NCBI RefSeq assembly: GCF_000485595.1
Contig: NW_014577070.1
Span: 1,028,677-1,081,614 of the forward strand
Origin: Priapulus caudatus
Taxonomy: Eukaryota
Direction: 5' to 3'
Length of the DNA stretch: 52,938 nt
This document shows, piece by piece, positions 1-13,200 of the stretch (its first letter is position 1; each line of letters begins with the position of its first letter). The translations under genes and the position numbers were made by a program. The notes under the pieces were generated by a model. That model was not told where the DNA came from, made no database searches, and saw nothing but the letters and a program-made list of their open reading frames with translations.

Positions 1-96
<96 letters not shown>
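1..96. repeat. (GT)n microsatellite; many similar (GT)n/(CT)n/(TA)n tracts elsewhere
   Basis: Also at about 1116-1270, 2778-2863, 15196-15375, 17906-17985, 23325-23525, 26085-26450, 32040-32112, 49687-49771, 50606-50849. Confidence 0.99.
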
Positions 97-98
<2 letters not shown>

Positions 99-1114
99 GT
101 CCGCGTGTGCGTGCGTACGTGTGTTACTCCCCATGTGCGTACGCGCTCGCGCCCACACCAGTCAATAAGAGGAGCAGACTCTATTAGAAATGAGATATCT
201 AGTTGCAGATTAAACGTTTAAAATAAATTTGAATAAATTTGCAAAGACAATATTTTTCACGCTCCCTGTAATCGATATATCCACACACAGTAGGTTAATT
301 CGCCATTTCGCTACCCTACGATAAGACATGTTCTGCTTGCATGCGTGTGTGATTTCCATGAGAAACCATGGCCGGTGACGCCTACCCGCGTTTCTTCTCA
401 TGCTGAAGCCAAACGTGAGTTGTATTGTATTCTTGAGTTAAGGTCGCCTAACAACCTTCTGTTTAGTCGTCTTTCACGGCTCATTGTGCCGGGCGATACG
501 AACGATCACGCTCTCGCGCTCTTTCTGTATAAATCATCTATCGATCATGCACGTTGCGTCTAAAACTTAACTCTACGCGGTTTTCTCCGTGACGTAAATT
601 CATCGTTCACTTTAGCAGATGGTAAAACAATGAACAAAGCGCGAGCGTGACGTGAGCATGTAAATAAAATTAAGGCTACTCTGAGTAAATTAACAACGGC
701 CAGATCGAGCTAGTGATTGTTTTCACACGGGCGGGGTGATGGCGTATAGTAACAAAAGTAACATAAAGGCATCAGCGCATCACGCCCACTCATTTTGACA
801 TATGCTTGTCTATACGTGCTTTGTGAAATTTCTAAAACCGTGTGCGAACACTTTCGTTCGTTTTTGTCGGGCCATAACTCAAGCGAATTTGACAGCAAAT
901 TGTGTTTTATAGCTGTTACGTCGCTGAACTAAGTGCAATGATCGTGCTCAGAGGAATGGAGTTTGACTCGACACTACAGTAGACGTGCTAAGAATATGAT
1001 TCTCAAACATAACATTATGTCGCATTTACCAAGCATTGTATATCCCTTAACAAAAAATACAGGAAGAACCGAGGCGCACCCGCGAATGAGTTGTTGTTGT
1101 TGGATCTGATGGTG

Positions 1115-1160
<46 letters not shown>

Positions 1161-1280
1161 GTGCGGGCGTGGGCACGCGCGTGTGTATGTGTGCGTGCAT
1201 GCGTGCGCGTGTGCGTATGTGTGTGTATGTGTGCGTGCATGCGTGCGCGTCCGCGTATGTGTGTGTATGCGACAATATTT

Positions 1281-2110
1281 CAGTGTTGTAGTCGAGTCCG
1301 CACCCCCCGAGTTCGAGTCCGAGTCCGAGTCCGCACCCCCCGAGTCCGAGTCCGAGTCCGAGTCCGCGCCACCCGAGTCCGAGTCCGAGTCCGAGTCCAC
1401 ACCACCCGAGTCCGAGTCCGAGTCCGAGTCCAGTTTTGATAATTAAAAAAAAGACAATCGGAAAAAAGGGAAAAAAATCGGAAAAAAGGAAAAAAAATCG
1501 GGAAAAAATGAAAAAAAGGGTAAAAAGGGAAAAAATCGCAACAGTGCATCGTGGACATTCCAAAGTGTATAGTCAGCCGAAAACACAGAGACACGAGTCA
1601 TACGAAACGTGTCAAAGTAACGGATCCATTTGTGTTTTACGAGAATGACACGGCTTGTTGAACCAAATGAGAGAGTGCTAGTACCTTCGAAGTGGTAGAA
1701 GAAGAGAAAGAGGTTGTAGAAAAAGCGCAAATGGACGAAGTGACAGCAGATTCAAACCAAAGGGACAAGAATCTTAATCGAGCCATTGAAAACGTTACAA
1801 AATTAGGCCGTGTATCTAGAAAACCTAGGAGTTTTAGTTTTAAATTTTTGTAAATTGCGTGTTACAATATGTACAGTTGTGTACTATGTATGTAGTCAAG
1901 AGTAGATAATAACACGATAACTTGATAACATAATAACTTGATGTAGTGGCCTCGAGCCGGCCTCGACCCGAGTCCTCGAGTCCGGAGGGCTCGAGTCCGA
2001 GTCCGAGTCCGAGTCATTGCACTCCGAGGCCAAGACCGAGACCGAGACCAAGGAAAACGGTCTCGAGGCCGGTCTCGAGGCCAAGACCGGCCTCGAGACC
2101 TACAACACTA
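1281..2110. mobile_element. Non-autonomous hAT-like DNA transposon with subterminal GAGTCC/GAGACC hexamer arrays
   Basis: Ends CAGTGTTGTAG-TCGAG ... CTCGAGACCTACAACACTA are inverted repeats; (GAGTCC)n arrays at 1293-1431 and 1968-2015; no 8-bp TSD found. Confidence 0.7.
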
Positions 2111-2775
2111 GTATGTGTGCGTTGATGCAAGCGCGTGCGCGTATGTGTATACTCACGAGAGTACGTACGTTACGTAACGCATTCATGCTCACACTCGGTT
2201 TTAGTCGGGCATTTAAAGTTTTAAATCTCAATAACTTTTTCCACGCGCAAACTAGTTCCGAACATCTACATAACATATTACACTGACTGACGGTAGGGAA
2301 ATGATCGTTTCTGTCATGCACTGACAATCAGCTCCCAAGGGTAAATGACTGCAAGGAGGAATCACCGAGAGTAGATTACAAAAAGGATTACTACTTCTGC
2401 ATTGCCGATGTGACGTAGATTTACTATATTTAGTTTGTTATTAATTCGAATGTTGATATGATTCGAGTGACGTTGCTCTGCGTCGTTTTAGCCCTATTTC
2501 TCACATGTATGAATGTTCAGAGCCACGCCAATCTTGATATTTCGGGTTTATGTTGAATTTATGCACGGCACTGTTCTTTTCACCTTATTAATAAAGGACA
2601 TATTTGTAATTGAACCATCTGGCATTTAGTGACAGAAGTATAATTTACCAATAATAAAGCCCTATTAAATCTAACTTTTTAACACATATAATCGAAATTA
2701 TTATTCTCTTCCTCCATCTCTCTAAAATCTACCATCTATCTCTCTACCCTTCTCATTTTCTTTATTTCTTCGTCG

Positions 2776-2830
<55 letters not shown>

Positions 2831-2863
2831 GCCTCTCTTTCTCTCGCGCGCTCTCTCTCTCTC

Positions 2864-3829
2864 NNNNNNNNNNNNNNNNNNNNNNNNNNNNNNNNNNNNN
2901 NNNNNNNNNNNNNNNNNNNNNNNNNNNNNNNNNNNNNNNNNNNNNNNNNNNNNNNNNNNNNNNNNNNNNNNNNNNNNNNNNNNNNNNNNNNNNNNNNNNN
3001 NNNNNNNNNNNNNNNNNNNNNNNNNNNNNNNNNNNNNNNNNNNNNNNNNNNNNNNNNNNNNNNNNNNNNNNNNNNNNNNNNNNNNNNNNNNNNNNNNNNN
3101 NNNNNNNNNNNNNNNNNNNNNNNNNNNNNNNNNNNNNNNNNNNNNNNNNNNNNNNNNNNNNNNNNNNNNNNNNNNNNNNNNNNNNNNNNNNNNNNNNNNN
3201 NNNNNNNNNNNNNNNNNNNNNNNNNNNNNNNNNNNNNNNNNNNNNNNNNNNNNNNNNNNNNNNNNNNNNNNNNNNNNNNNNNNNNNNNNNNNNNNNNNNN
3301 NNNNNNNNNNNNNNNNNNNNNNNNNNNNNNNNNNNNNNNNNNNNNNNNNNNNNNNNNNNNNNNNNNNNNNNNNNNNNNNNNNNNNNNNNNNNNNNNNNNN
3401 NNNNNNNNNNNNNNNNNNNNNNNNNNNNNNNNNNNNNNNNNNNNNNNNNNNNNNNNNNNNNNNNNNNNNNNNNNNNNNNNNNNNNNNNNNNNNNNNNNNN
3501 NNNNNNNNNNNNNNNNNNNNNNNNNNNNNNNNNNNNNNNNNNNNNNNNNNNNNNNNNNNNNNNNNNNNNNNNNNNNNNNNNNNNNNNNNNNNNNNNNNNN
3601 NNNNNNNNNNNNNNNNNNNNNNNNNNNNNNNNNNNNNNNNNNNNNNNNNNNNNNNNNNNNNNNNNNNNNNNNNNNNNNNNNNNNNNNNNNNNNNNNNNNN
3701 NNNNNNNNNNNNNNNNNNNNNNNNNNNNNNNNNNNNNNNNNNNNNNNNNNNNNNNNNNNNNNNNNNNNNNNNNNNNNNNNNNNNNNNNNNNNNNNNNNNN
3801 NNNNNNNNNNNNNNNNNNNNNNNNNNNNN
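2864..3829. other. Assembly gap (966 N) flanked by (CT)n and (TCTA)n
   Basis: N run; smaller gaps at 15391-15400 and 23388-23412. Confidence 1.
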
Positions 3830-3866
<37 letters not shown>

Positions 3867-3869
3867 ATG

Positions 3870-3916
<47 letters not shown>

Positions 3917-5222
3917 GTTTCGCGCGCTCTTTCTCTTTCTCACTATTTCGCTTTCTTATTCGCTCTTTCTCTCTGTCTCTCCCCCTCTTTCGCTCCCTTT
4001 CTCCCTTTATCTCGTCCACGACTCTACCACTCTGATTTCACCTGACACCGCGATATGACGGCGCCGCGCGGCCAATAACACGCCTATAAATGTAATATAA
4101 TTGCAAATGATTGTCGAATCTCAATATAAAATATACATCCACAACAATACGGGCTAGCTCCTGTGCAATAATGAGGCAAATAAAGCGTTTGTCTGCTCCA
4201 TCACTACACTATATACATCTATTGATCAGCCGCCGCTCGAAAGGTGACGATTTTTGCTTTGACGAAAACAGAACGCACCGACTGTCGTTAAAGGAAAAAT
4301 AATTGGGAGAGTCGTCGCATCAGGAGACGCTTCACTAGCAAACTGAGTTAGTAAGCAACGCCTTCGGCTGTCATTCGACACAAAAAAACACGATTGTACG
4401 CGAGCATCACTGATGGTGTAAGTCAGGGTGGCCCTGAGAAACAAGCGAATGAATCGCCGTCTGTTGTTTAGCTTAGAAACGCGGCGCTTCGCGATATCTC
4501 GTCTGCATGGAGACGAGCGCCGGCGCGCTACAACTCTCGCGCAATTAATTTTTGTTCATTAATGCCACTGAGCGCTGATAAACGGCTGTCGCGAGTGACA
4601 GACGAGAAAATCTCGGGCAATAAATTAGTCGTTTAAAACAGCTGCACGGAGTTTAAATTAAATAAAGGTGATATTGAACAGCTTCGCAGATGAAAAGCAA
4701 GATGTTGCGTAATACGCTATGGCACACAGACAACTATATTGATGGTGAGTGACGCTCTAGCGCTTTGTTTCTGCTTTCATCGCCTTTGTTTCACTGTCTA
4801 TGTCAGATGTGTCTGAGTGACAAGAGTACAAAAAGCAAGTTCGTTTATTTTAATCTGTCACTAGCTCGTTTGCCTGCGCACACGTTTAGCCATTCACTCA
4901 AACACTCACACGTCTACTCCCACACACAGACACTAGCTTGCTCTTGTTCACCGACCCTCGTTTACGTAATGATTACATATCATCATACTAATGACACTAA
5001 AGATAGATATTTATTTCCATTAGTCATAAATAGAATACATGAACGCATGTATCTTCAAGCCTGTGTGTATAAAAGGTCAACTTGTTAAGAGGAAATAAGC
5101 TTCCACACACACATGCACACACGCGCGTGCGTGCGTGCGTGCGTGTGTGTTTGTCAAATTGCCATTGCAAGTGCGTTTAATCTCACGATGACGAATTGGT
5201 TCGACAACTAAAATTTACTCAC

Positions 5223-5700
5223 CGTGTTATGGTTTACGGAAACACTCATCAGATACAACTTCTTCTTTTCCCCCTACGGCTTCTTACGCTATCTTTATCT
5301 CGTCAAAAAATGGTCCCGCTGTGTCTTCTTCAGCCCGTGGTATCTATATCGTTTCCGGGTACATTTCGAAGTGATCGTACGTTGAACCGAATCGTGCGCT
5401 GGGAATGTTATAGCACTCTGCGTAGTAGACACGTGAAAACCGCGCCTATCGTCCTTCTTCAGGTTCCTCCCAATTTCCGTAATAGCTGCTAAGGCGGTGA
5501 ATCTTTGCGAACGTCTGAAGCCTTGGAGCGATGCGAGCTGCGTCTTCGTGTACAGCGTCCGGCGCATGCGCACGGCTGTTTCGCCGGGGTTCGCTCTCTG
5601 CCGAGTTAGGTCGAGTCCGTGACAGCGAGTCTGATTTGCAACTCAATAGAGCAGGCAGCTTCGTGGCGAATAAACACAGCATGACGCCGATTGGGCCGTT
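5223..5700 (-). other. Candidate exon (possibly the first) of an unidentified minus-strand gene
   Basis: Consensus donor ACG|GTGAGT on the - strand at 5223/5222, downstream of a CpG-rich region (about 5500-5950); short in-frame MSVSVNHNT before the donor; 5' boundary is a guess. Confidence 0.3.
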
Positions 5701-7289
5701 ATATCACTTGTGCCGCTCGTATTTTTCACACCACCCGACGCTACGGTAGAGACGGACGCCGCCCGCTGTCGCTTGTTGACGCATTGATCGGGAGCAGCGT
5801 AGATTAACTTAAATTTAATAGCTAGAGCGCTGACACGGTTAGAGAAATCGGAATCGGTTGGGCGGATCGCGTGGTTTCTGCGCTAGACTGATCGAGTCGC
5901 ATTATGCTCGTGAAGCAGCCGCGTGAGCGCGTGCGGAGCATTAAAATGTCGACCTTTTTCTCTCATGTTCTACATTGTTACATTAATTTTCATACACTGA
6001 ACTTCGTCAGACATCAATCGCTTCGGGCTTATCAAACATACGGTTCGGAAACAGTTCGGAAATGCTTTGCCGCGTATATATATATATATATATATATAAG
6101 AAGGAGCCAGCTGTGCGGATATGCAGGTTCGTGTTCAGAATCACATTATTCTAATAGCCTCTATGCAGATGTGCTGGCACTGGGCCTGGTTATAACGTAG
6201 TGCGTATTTCGAACACTGCACGCGGTCCCTGCGCTTAGTAACTGCAGTGGTCGCGTCACTACGCTATAGCAATTGCCAACCCCGAAGATAAAATAATGTT
6301 ATATACGTTCCCATAATATATAACGATAACGGTGTACGTAGCGTCCACCATCCGACAATAATGGCGATTCTTGCTATGCACCGTTGTCGCCAGAGTAGGC
6401 TAATCGATTCGTGTACTGCCGTGCGGTGCAGAGGTGATGGCCTCCAGTCTGTAATCCGAATCCTGCTGGTGGTTGCGCTGTTAGTCGTTCTATCTAGGGA
6501 TGCTCCATCGCGGAAGTCTGTTGCAGCAACGCGTTGCGGATAGATGACACAGTAGTATGAATGTAGGGCGGCTGGGAATCGGAGGCATAGGCGGAGGCTT
6601 CGTCAGGCATGAGATGTGTGTCAGAAGCAGCGGGCGTAAACGAAAATACGAGAAGTACACTCGCGAATTACTACTCTATGCGGAAAATGTTTAAAATGCC
6701 GTCCTAGTTCCGGAATAGTGGGGGGAGGGGGCAATAGTGTGTCAATCTGGCAAGCTGGTGGGTTGTAACTGCATGACCGTTATTCAAGAACTGCTACTTC
6801 TCACGCCTCGAAGCCTAGAAGAAGAGAACCCCTTCACCGCTGTAGCACACCCTACTCGACGAGATTCCTCGAGAGGTTTTTCTGCAGAACGCAGGACCGA
6901 CAATATTGAAATAATTAGCACAATCAATACTTTTTTATTGTAATCAGGCGTTTGTCGTCTGACAGACATAGAGTGATGGAGTCGAGTCGCTGCGTATTGT
7001 TTTACATTCGATCAACTCGTTCTCGTTCATTGGCATCTTAAAAGATGATTGTAACGAATTTCTAACGCGTTTTCACATCTTAATTGATGATGTTCCATCA
7101 GTATGTCTTCGGTGCCTATTTTGATGTTGCGTGGTTTGGGGTGGGGAATCCATCGTTATACTGATATGGGTCTATACACATGCTATATCGTCATAGTGTA
7201 TGACTGACCGCATGTTACTTGTAGTAGACTAGAGCACAGTTGCGCGCAAGCAATATCAGGTTATGTAACGACGAGCATGTTGCATGTTC

Positions 7290-7660
7290 TAGTTAATAGC
7301 AGAAAGCATATGGTAGACAGTATTACATCGTATCACTGCTAGCTTGTTACAGACAGTATCACAACGTATAGATGTTTGTATGTTAGAGGCAGTATCACAG
7401 CATATCATTGCCATCATCTTGCAGGCAGTTGTCGAGTTATAGCTGAATATGTTATAGACAGTATCGCAGCGTATAGATTTTGGCATGTTACAGTCAGTAT
7501 CACAGTGTATCACTCCTGGCATGTTACAAAACAGTATCATAGCTCATCTCTGCTGGCATTTTACCAGCAGCTAGTATCACAGCGTATATGACTGCTAGCA
7601 TGTTAAGGCAGTTGCCCAGCTATAGCTGGAAGCATGTATACTAGTCACTGCAAGCATGTT
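7290..7660. repeat. Degenerate ~36-bp minisatellite
   Basis: Recurring gcatgttacagacagtatcacagcgtatcactgct-like unit, about 9-10 copies. Confidence 0.85.
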
Positions 7661-7928
7661 ACGTGCTGATTATGGCTGTCGACAAGATACAAATCGGATA
7701 GATGGTCGTAGCTTATTGAGGATAGGGGACAACTGCCCCTTGTTAGGAATGTGACAAATATATCTACTAAAGATAAATGATTCTAAATATGTAATAATTG
7801 ATCCATTTAGCCAAATCTCATTCTACATGTGGTTCACTTATTGGGACCATAAAATGTTCCCCCGTTGTCATTCGGTTAGGGAAAGAATTTGACTGAATTC
7901 TAATTAATCTGCTATTCCAAAGTCTTGT

Positions 7929-8560
7929 TTAGAACGTAAGGTGTTGTAAATATAAGGCGTCCAGTCTTCCCAAACAACCCGGAATTTCTACCCGTAGATT
8001 GAGTCCGTACGTTTGGATGGTGTTTAGATTGTTGATCCAGTAAGCTTTTCTTTTCTTTCTGATGCGGATCGTACGTGGCTGGTCAGTGGGGTCTGAAAGT
8101 ATTTTCTCAATTCTCTGCACTAGAAGTCCGCTGGGGTGTGGTTGTAGCCTGAAGAATGAGCACTGACGGGTTTGCTTTTGGGTACCCGCAACCCTGGTGC
8201 GTTTCTATTGATATTGATTTGGATTGGAGATGTCGCAGCGTCTATCATTATAGGGGTGTCCGTTGGGCAGACCCCTATAACTTTCTGCAAATGCTTGACT
8301 GGCGATCCGTCCGTCGATCTTCTTCTCTTCTTGTCGTGGTGATTCGAAGAGGCCGGGATACTGCTCACTGTCTCCCCTTGGTTTAGGGTGGAGGGCAAGT
8401 CCAAGCTCCAAGTTTAAGTTCCTGCTATGCCCGGATCCATGGGATGCTGGGTCGTCCTGGTCTAGTGTAGTTAAGGACATGTGTAAAGAAGAGGCCTGGA
8501 CAGCCTCTACGTGGTCCCGTATAGGCTGTCCATGCCTCTTCTTCACACATGTCCTATACC
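7929..8560 (-). mobile_element. Penelope-like retroelement relic(s), GIY-YIG endonuclease C-terminus
   Basis: IEKI...RKKRKAYWINNLNTIQTYGLN matches the R..RE.YWI..L.T..P.GLN tail of Penelope GIY-YIG domains; a more decayed similar segment (QPIRDH...MSLTTLD...PRG) lies at about 8370-8546. Confidence 0.75.
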
Positions 8561-9082
8561 AATTTGAGTTTGAACATGCCTACGTGTATGCCAAAAGAAC
8601 GATTATTTCGTTAGCATTACACATTTAACGTTAGCAGTCTATTATCCATGCACAATTTGCAATCCGCCACTGCATATACGTGCAACAAAACAACCCGCAT
8701 TTACAGCCAATGGTTCTGAAGTTAACATAATGTGATTATTATTACGTACTGCACCTGCTACCTTCACGCAACACTGCTGGCCACGAATAGGTAAGTATGC
8801 ATGTGAGTTTTCTCCTGCTAAGCTCACGGGAGCGTGAAATGCGCAGCTTGAGCTGCGTGTTTCACTAACAGATACAGAAAATCGCCGATTATTATACCTA
8901 AGATGTGTTCGAATGCGCATTGTAGCAAGCTAGACGCGTCTTTAAAACGATACATGCTCGTGTATACATCGCCATAAATAAAATAGCTTAGTTGCTTCCG
9001 CGTTGAGCGAAGCAGCGATGGGTGGCCACAGAATGTCACAGAATGTAAGTGGTTAACGATGCACGAGCGCGAGTGTAGTATA

Positions 9083-9366
9083 AAGTTGGGTTTACACTGA
9101 CGATTTTGAGTTGCCGAATTGTACGAACTTGGCAATTTGGCAACTGACAATCGGCAGTGTAAACGCCAAAGTCGGACGTCCAACCGATCGATAGCAGCGA
9201 GTTGGAAGATTAGAACATGTTCTAATTTCGCCGACTCGGAGTAGGCGAGTTGGACGTTTATTGGCCAAGTTAGAGGCTCTGAGCATAACGAAAGCGCTTT
9301 GAACATTGGTAGAAAGAAGAAAAACGCCAAGTTGCCTGCATAAAATCGTCAGTGTAAACCCAGCTT
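9083..9366. mobile_element. MITE with ~25-bp TIRs
   Basis: AAGTTGGGTTTACACTGACGATTTT ... AAAATCGTCAGTGTAAACCCAGCTT (1 mismatch), flanked by TA on both sides. Confidence 0.85.
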
Positions 9367-9819
9367 TATGCAATCTCGTTGAATGGTTCAATGTGCACCG
9401 CACCGCCCGCGCCCGAGATGCTAGTCTCGCCCAGTCGGGCAACTATGGTCTAAATGTTTATGTCTCCCTGTGTACTGCCAGACTGCGGCTTCTGTTGTTG
9501 TTGCTGCTAATAATCTCGCTACTAACTACTGTTATTGTTGCTGACATTATTGTTTGTTGATTGTTGATTGTTGATATTATTGATTGTTGTTATTGACAAC
9601 AGCAGCCGCAGTGTCCGGCAGTACACAGAGAGACAACCCGCAGCGTTCACACGAGAATCGAGGCTTAGCTGGCTAGGTATAATAGTAAATAATTTCTCCG
9701 CTAGAGGAAAATGTTTTTCATGATGGCGACGCCCATAAAAGTCTTTTGTTTCATAGGTTGTTTGTGGCAGTTTTTCAGTAAAATTACACAAAATGATGAT
9801 CCAGATAAATAATCGAAAT

Positions 9820-10257
9820 ATTGAAAATATCGAGATCAATGCTGCGGTCTCGTTGTGCGACCACAACTGTCGCTGTCGCTTTGCTTCTTCAGATCAGAAT
9901 TTTTTTGGAGGCATGATCAGAAATAGAGATGTCAGATGATTGAACAAAAATTCGCAGGAAATTCGGAGAAATATTTTCAATGCCATGAGCCGGAAGTGAA
10001 AAACGACGCTCCGCCGCCTAGTATCAATGTAGCGCACTACAGTTTCACGGCTTACGAGGCCTCGAATTTACGTTCACACGACAGACAATACGCGGCCAGC
10101 GTGGTGCCGTACTTCAGCAGGTGTTTCAGCGCGGTGATTCCGCGCTGAACAAGCCTCGTATTTCAGTACGGTACTTGGGAGGCCGCGTATAAGCCTCGAA
10201 TATTTTTACCGTGTCAACGCTAAGTACGGCACTGAAATCCTCGTGTGAGCGCAGCTT
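9820..10257 (-). mobile_element. Truncated PIF/Harbinger-like element with Myb/SANT-like ORF start
   Basis: Terminus AGCTGCGCTCACACGAGGATTTC (- strand, at 10257) followed inward by MPPKKF*SEEAKRQRQLWSHNETAALISIF from ATG 9914; W-S-x-x-E-T-x-x-L-I is the first helix of Myb/SANT-like domains. Confidence 0.55.
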
Positions 10258-13200
10258 ATAGCTGCGTTCACACGAGGATTTCGACACGAGGTGTTCACAC
10301 GAGGAGCACGAGGATAGAGCATATCAGCGCAGCCATGCATGCGGTGAAAGGATTAACCTAAAATCCTCGTATAAACTGTAGTTTCTTCTTCATTAGCTCC
10401 CTGTTTGAGATGTATGTAATATCTGCCAAGCACGTGTAATATTGTTACCCTGAAGATGTTTTTCAACAGTAGGCCTAGAGGGTGTCCATGGAGAGCAGGC
10501 CTGAATAGGCACGGCACAAAGTTAATTAGAAGCACGTAGAAAGTGTCAGTGCATGCATATCCTGCACTTTATGCTAAATGAAAACGCATTTAAGGTCCAG
10601 ACTTCATTCGCAACATTTGCCATCGATATAATGGAAATTTCTAACGAGATTTCCCAATCCAGTTACACACAAACACAGCGATCCAGTCACAATGGCTACG
10701 TCACTTGGCAGAGTGGCAGAATTCTTATTTTGACAGAAGACCAATCTTATTTTACATGCTTCCTATACGTTTATTAGGCATCTATCTTACGTGTACAATA
10801 CGGATTAGTGCACTCTAGCACCGAATATTTTCCACACAAAAAATAGAAAAGAAAAAGGCCTTTTCCAGAGACGTGGCGTGTCCCAGCAATAAATAATATC
10901 CAATATCGCCACTAAGAAGAGAAAATTCTATTTCGTAATGAAGAAATGCGCGTTATTTGTAAACCAGTTGAATTATGATTGGGTATTATGAATAGGCCTA
11001 CTCCTTTTCCACTAAGCCATCTTTGTAAAACATTCAGTATCTCAGGAATGAACTTTGGTGATTAGGTGAGCATGAACAGCCGAGCTTTATACCACGGTCT
11101 TTCATACCTAAAATAAGTTTTTATATAGAAAGTGCGTGATTCAAAGGATGAATGGATTTTGGTATGCACGGAAAAGTTGTAAATTTTCCTTCGTGACAAG
11201 TGAGCATGATGATGGTATGTAGCCGTGACGCCAGACACTGATAGACTACTACGGCCGTATCGCCACATCTCACGCCAGTCGCTACCGGTGGGAGAGGATT
11301 CGAGAGACTATATAGCTCCCGACATGGTCGTCATTTTATCACTCTGATAGACGCAGTGCTGCGATCGCGCATCCTACAGCCGTGAAGACTCACTGCTGCT
11401 GCTAGAGTCTAGAAGAAGAATATTGGGCGGCTTTTGCATGTTGGCAACAATGTCCTCTCTAAGAGCAAGCATCATTCATCTTGAAACGCAATATAGCAAA
11501 TCCTAAGTCAGTATTCGATTAGTCGTCTAATTAAGCGAATGCGATGAAAGACGAGCGCATTTAGGGCATTGCGAGCGGACCGCCGTCGCTCTGCCGAGTG
11601 ATTATCATGCCTGCTCATCGTAAGGACACCGAAGCTAGTCGTCGGTGACGTATCTGGGTCAGCTATCTGTAATAATTATATGCCACAGTTTCCTTTGCTA
11701 ATTCACTACTACTGCTTCGCTGGCTTCAGTCTTCCCACATGAAAGTAAATACGAAGAGTAATAACCGACGGCAATACCATTTAAGTGAGCAGGAAAGGGC
11801 CAACTTTAGTAATTGATTCATGGAATTGAAAATTAGACGTGCATTGGCGAACTGTATAGGATTTAGCAGGACACCGCGTTAGATTTCGTTTTGATGCGAG
11901 CGGGAAAGATTTAGTATCGGAAAGGAGACAAAATGATTTAGGATGCGATATTTTTCGCATCAGTTTCGCGCTGACACCCCGGAAACTTCATTTCGCACAC
12001 GTCTGTGTCTCTTGCGTTACTTGCGTCACAAGGCGACACATGACATGATTGGCGTATCTACAAAGGGACAAAGGGAGCTCACCTCTCTAGAGAGCTCGCC
12101 TATCTAGGAGGACACGTGACGTCATACGAACGAGTATATATTTATAATCAAATAGTATAGTTATCAACGAAAAAGAATGTTTGACGTTTAGGGATGACAA
12201 CAGTAATGGTGCAGGCTGTATCCCTGGGCCTGATTGACTCTCCTCACGCAACATTAATGATTTACAGGTTAATCACTGACTACAATTACTGGCTTAGCTG
12301 GTAGTCAACATGTTGGTATCTCCATTGGGAGACTGCGTCATCACATGATTCTGTCTCGCATTCTCGCTCGTATTGCATTCGTCGAGTTTTGTTGTTTGTC
12401 TAATCCACTCTCTGTCTCTGGTGGATTCTTGGTAGCATAAACTTAATGTTTTGTCATCTATATATGGACGATTATCTTGTCACCTAACAAGTTGAATAAA
12501 TGACAATCAATGCATGAATTCAGTTCTGACATCTTGCTGTGTCAGTTACCGAACGCCTAGAGGGGAAACCCTTGGGTGGGGGTAAATGAAAAACGAATTC
12601 AAACCCTTTGGGGATTCAATGGAAACCTCTGTTTTGCAGGACTACAGGCGTTGGCGACAAGTGTCCTTTATACATATATCGCGTCAGAGGTCGTTTGACG
12701 ACTAAATAAGCAGATGACATGATCGAATAGACGGTCCTTAGCGAACCTATTATTCATGAAAGCACTTGAACAGAAACATAGAAACGTGAAGCCTCGGTAT
12801 TCACTCGGGGCTTTCTCTGCAATTCACGTATCTCGCCATGCGAACTCACACAGAAAACACCGTCTGTGAGTTGCTAGGCGAGATTCTATCAGAAATCCTT
12901 TTCGCCGTCCACCTACACGTCTCTTCGATTGAATCATCCAAAATGGACCGATATAATACACGCGACAATATATGCCATTAGAGTGTGTTTATTTTCACCC
13001 GCACCACCTGAGAGAAACACGACGGCACATTATACGCGGCAACCGCGTCGATCTAACTGTCGAATTTAACTAACTCTACGAACACTTCGACGAAAGTTTC
13101 TTCCTAGTGCTCGCTTTTACGGGCGATGTGTTTTCTAAGAATTCCATATTCGATGGCGATCTATCCGTTTTGTTTCCAGTGAAAAGTTGTGACTACATTT

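Noticed and set aside
3..221. ORF-track entries made of CV/HT/SL/RE/DS repeats (also at about 1.0-1.6, 15, 23, 26, 32, 37, 40, 43 and 48 kb)
   Set aside because: Translations of microsatellites or hexamer arrays, not genes
5215..5256. Hammerhead-like CTGATGA plus stem (GTGTT/AACAC) on the minus strand
   Set aside because: The required GAAA after stem II is missing (GGTGAG instead); the other CTGAnGA sites I checked also lacked a full core
12177..12660. Possible LTR with AATAAA and a TGGCGAC primer-binding-like site
   Set aside because: No second LTR, no clear TG...CA/TSD boundaries, no gag/pol remnant
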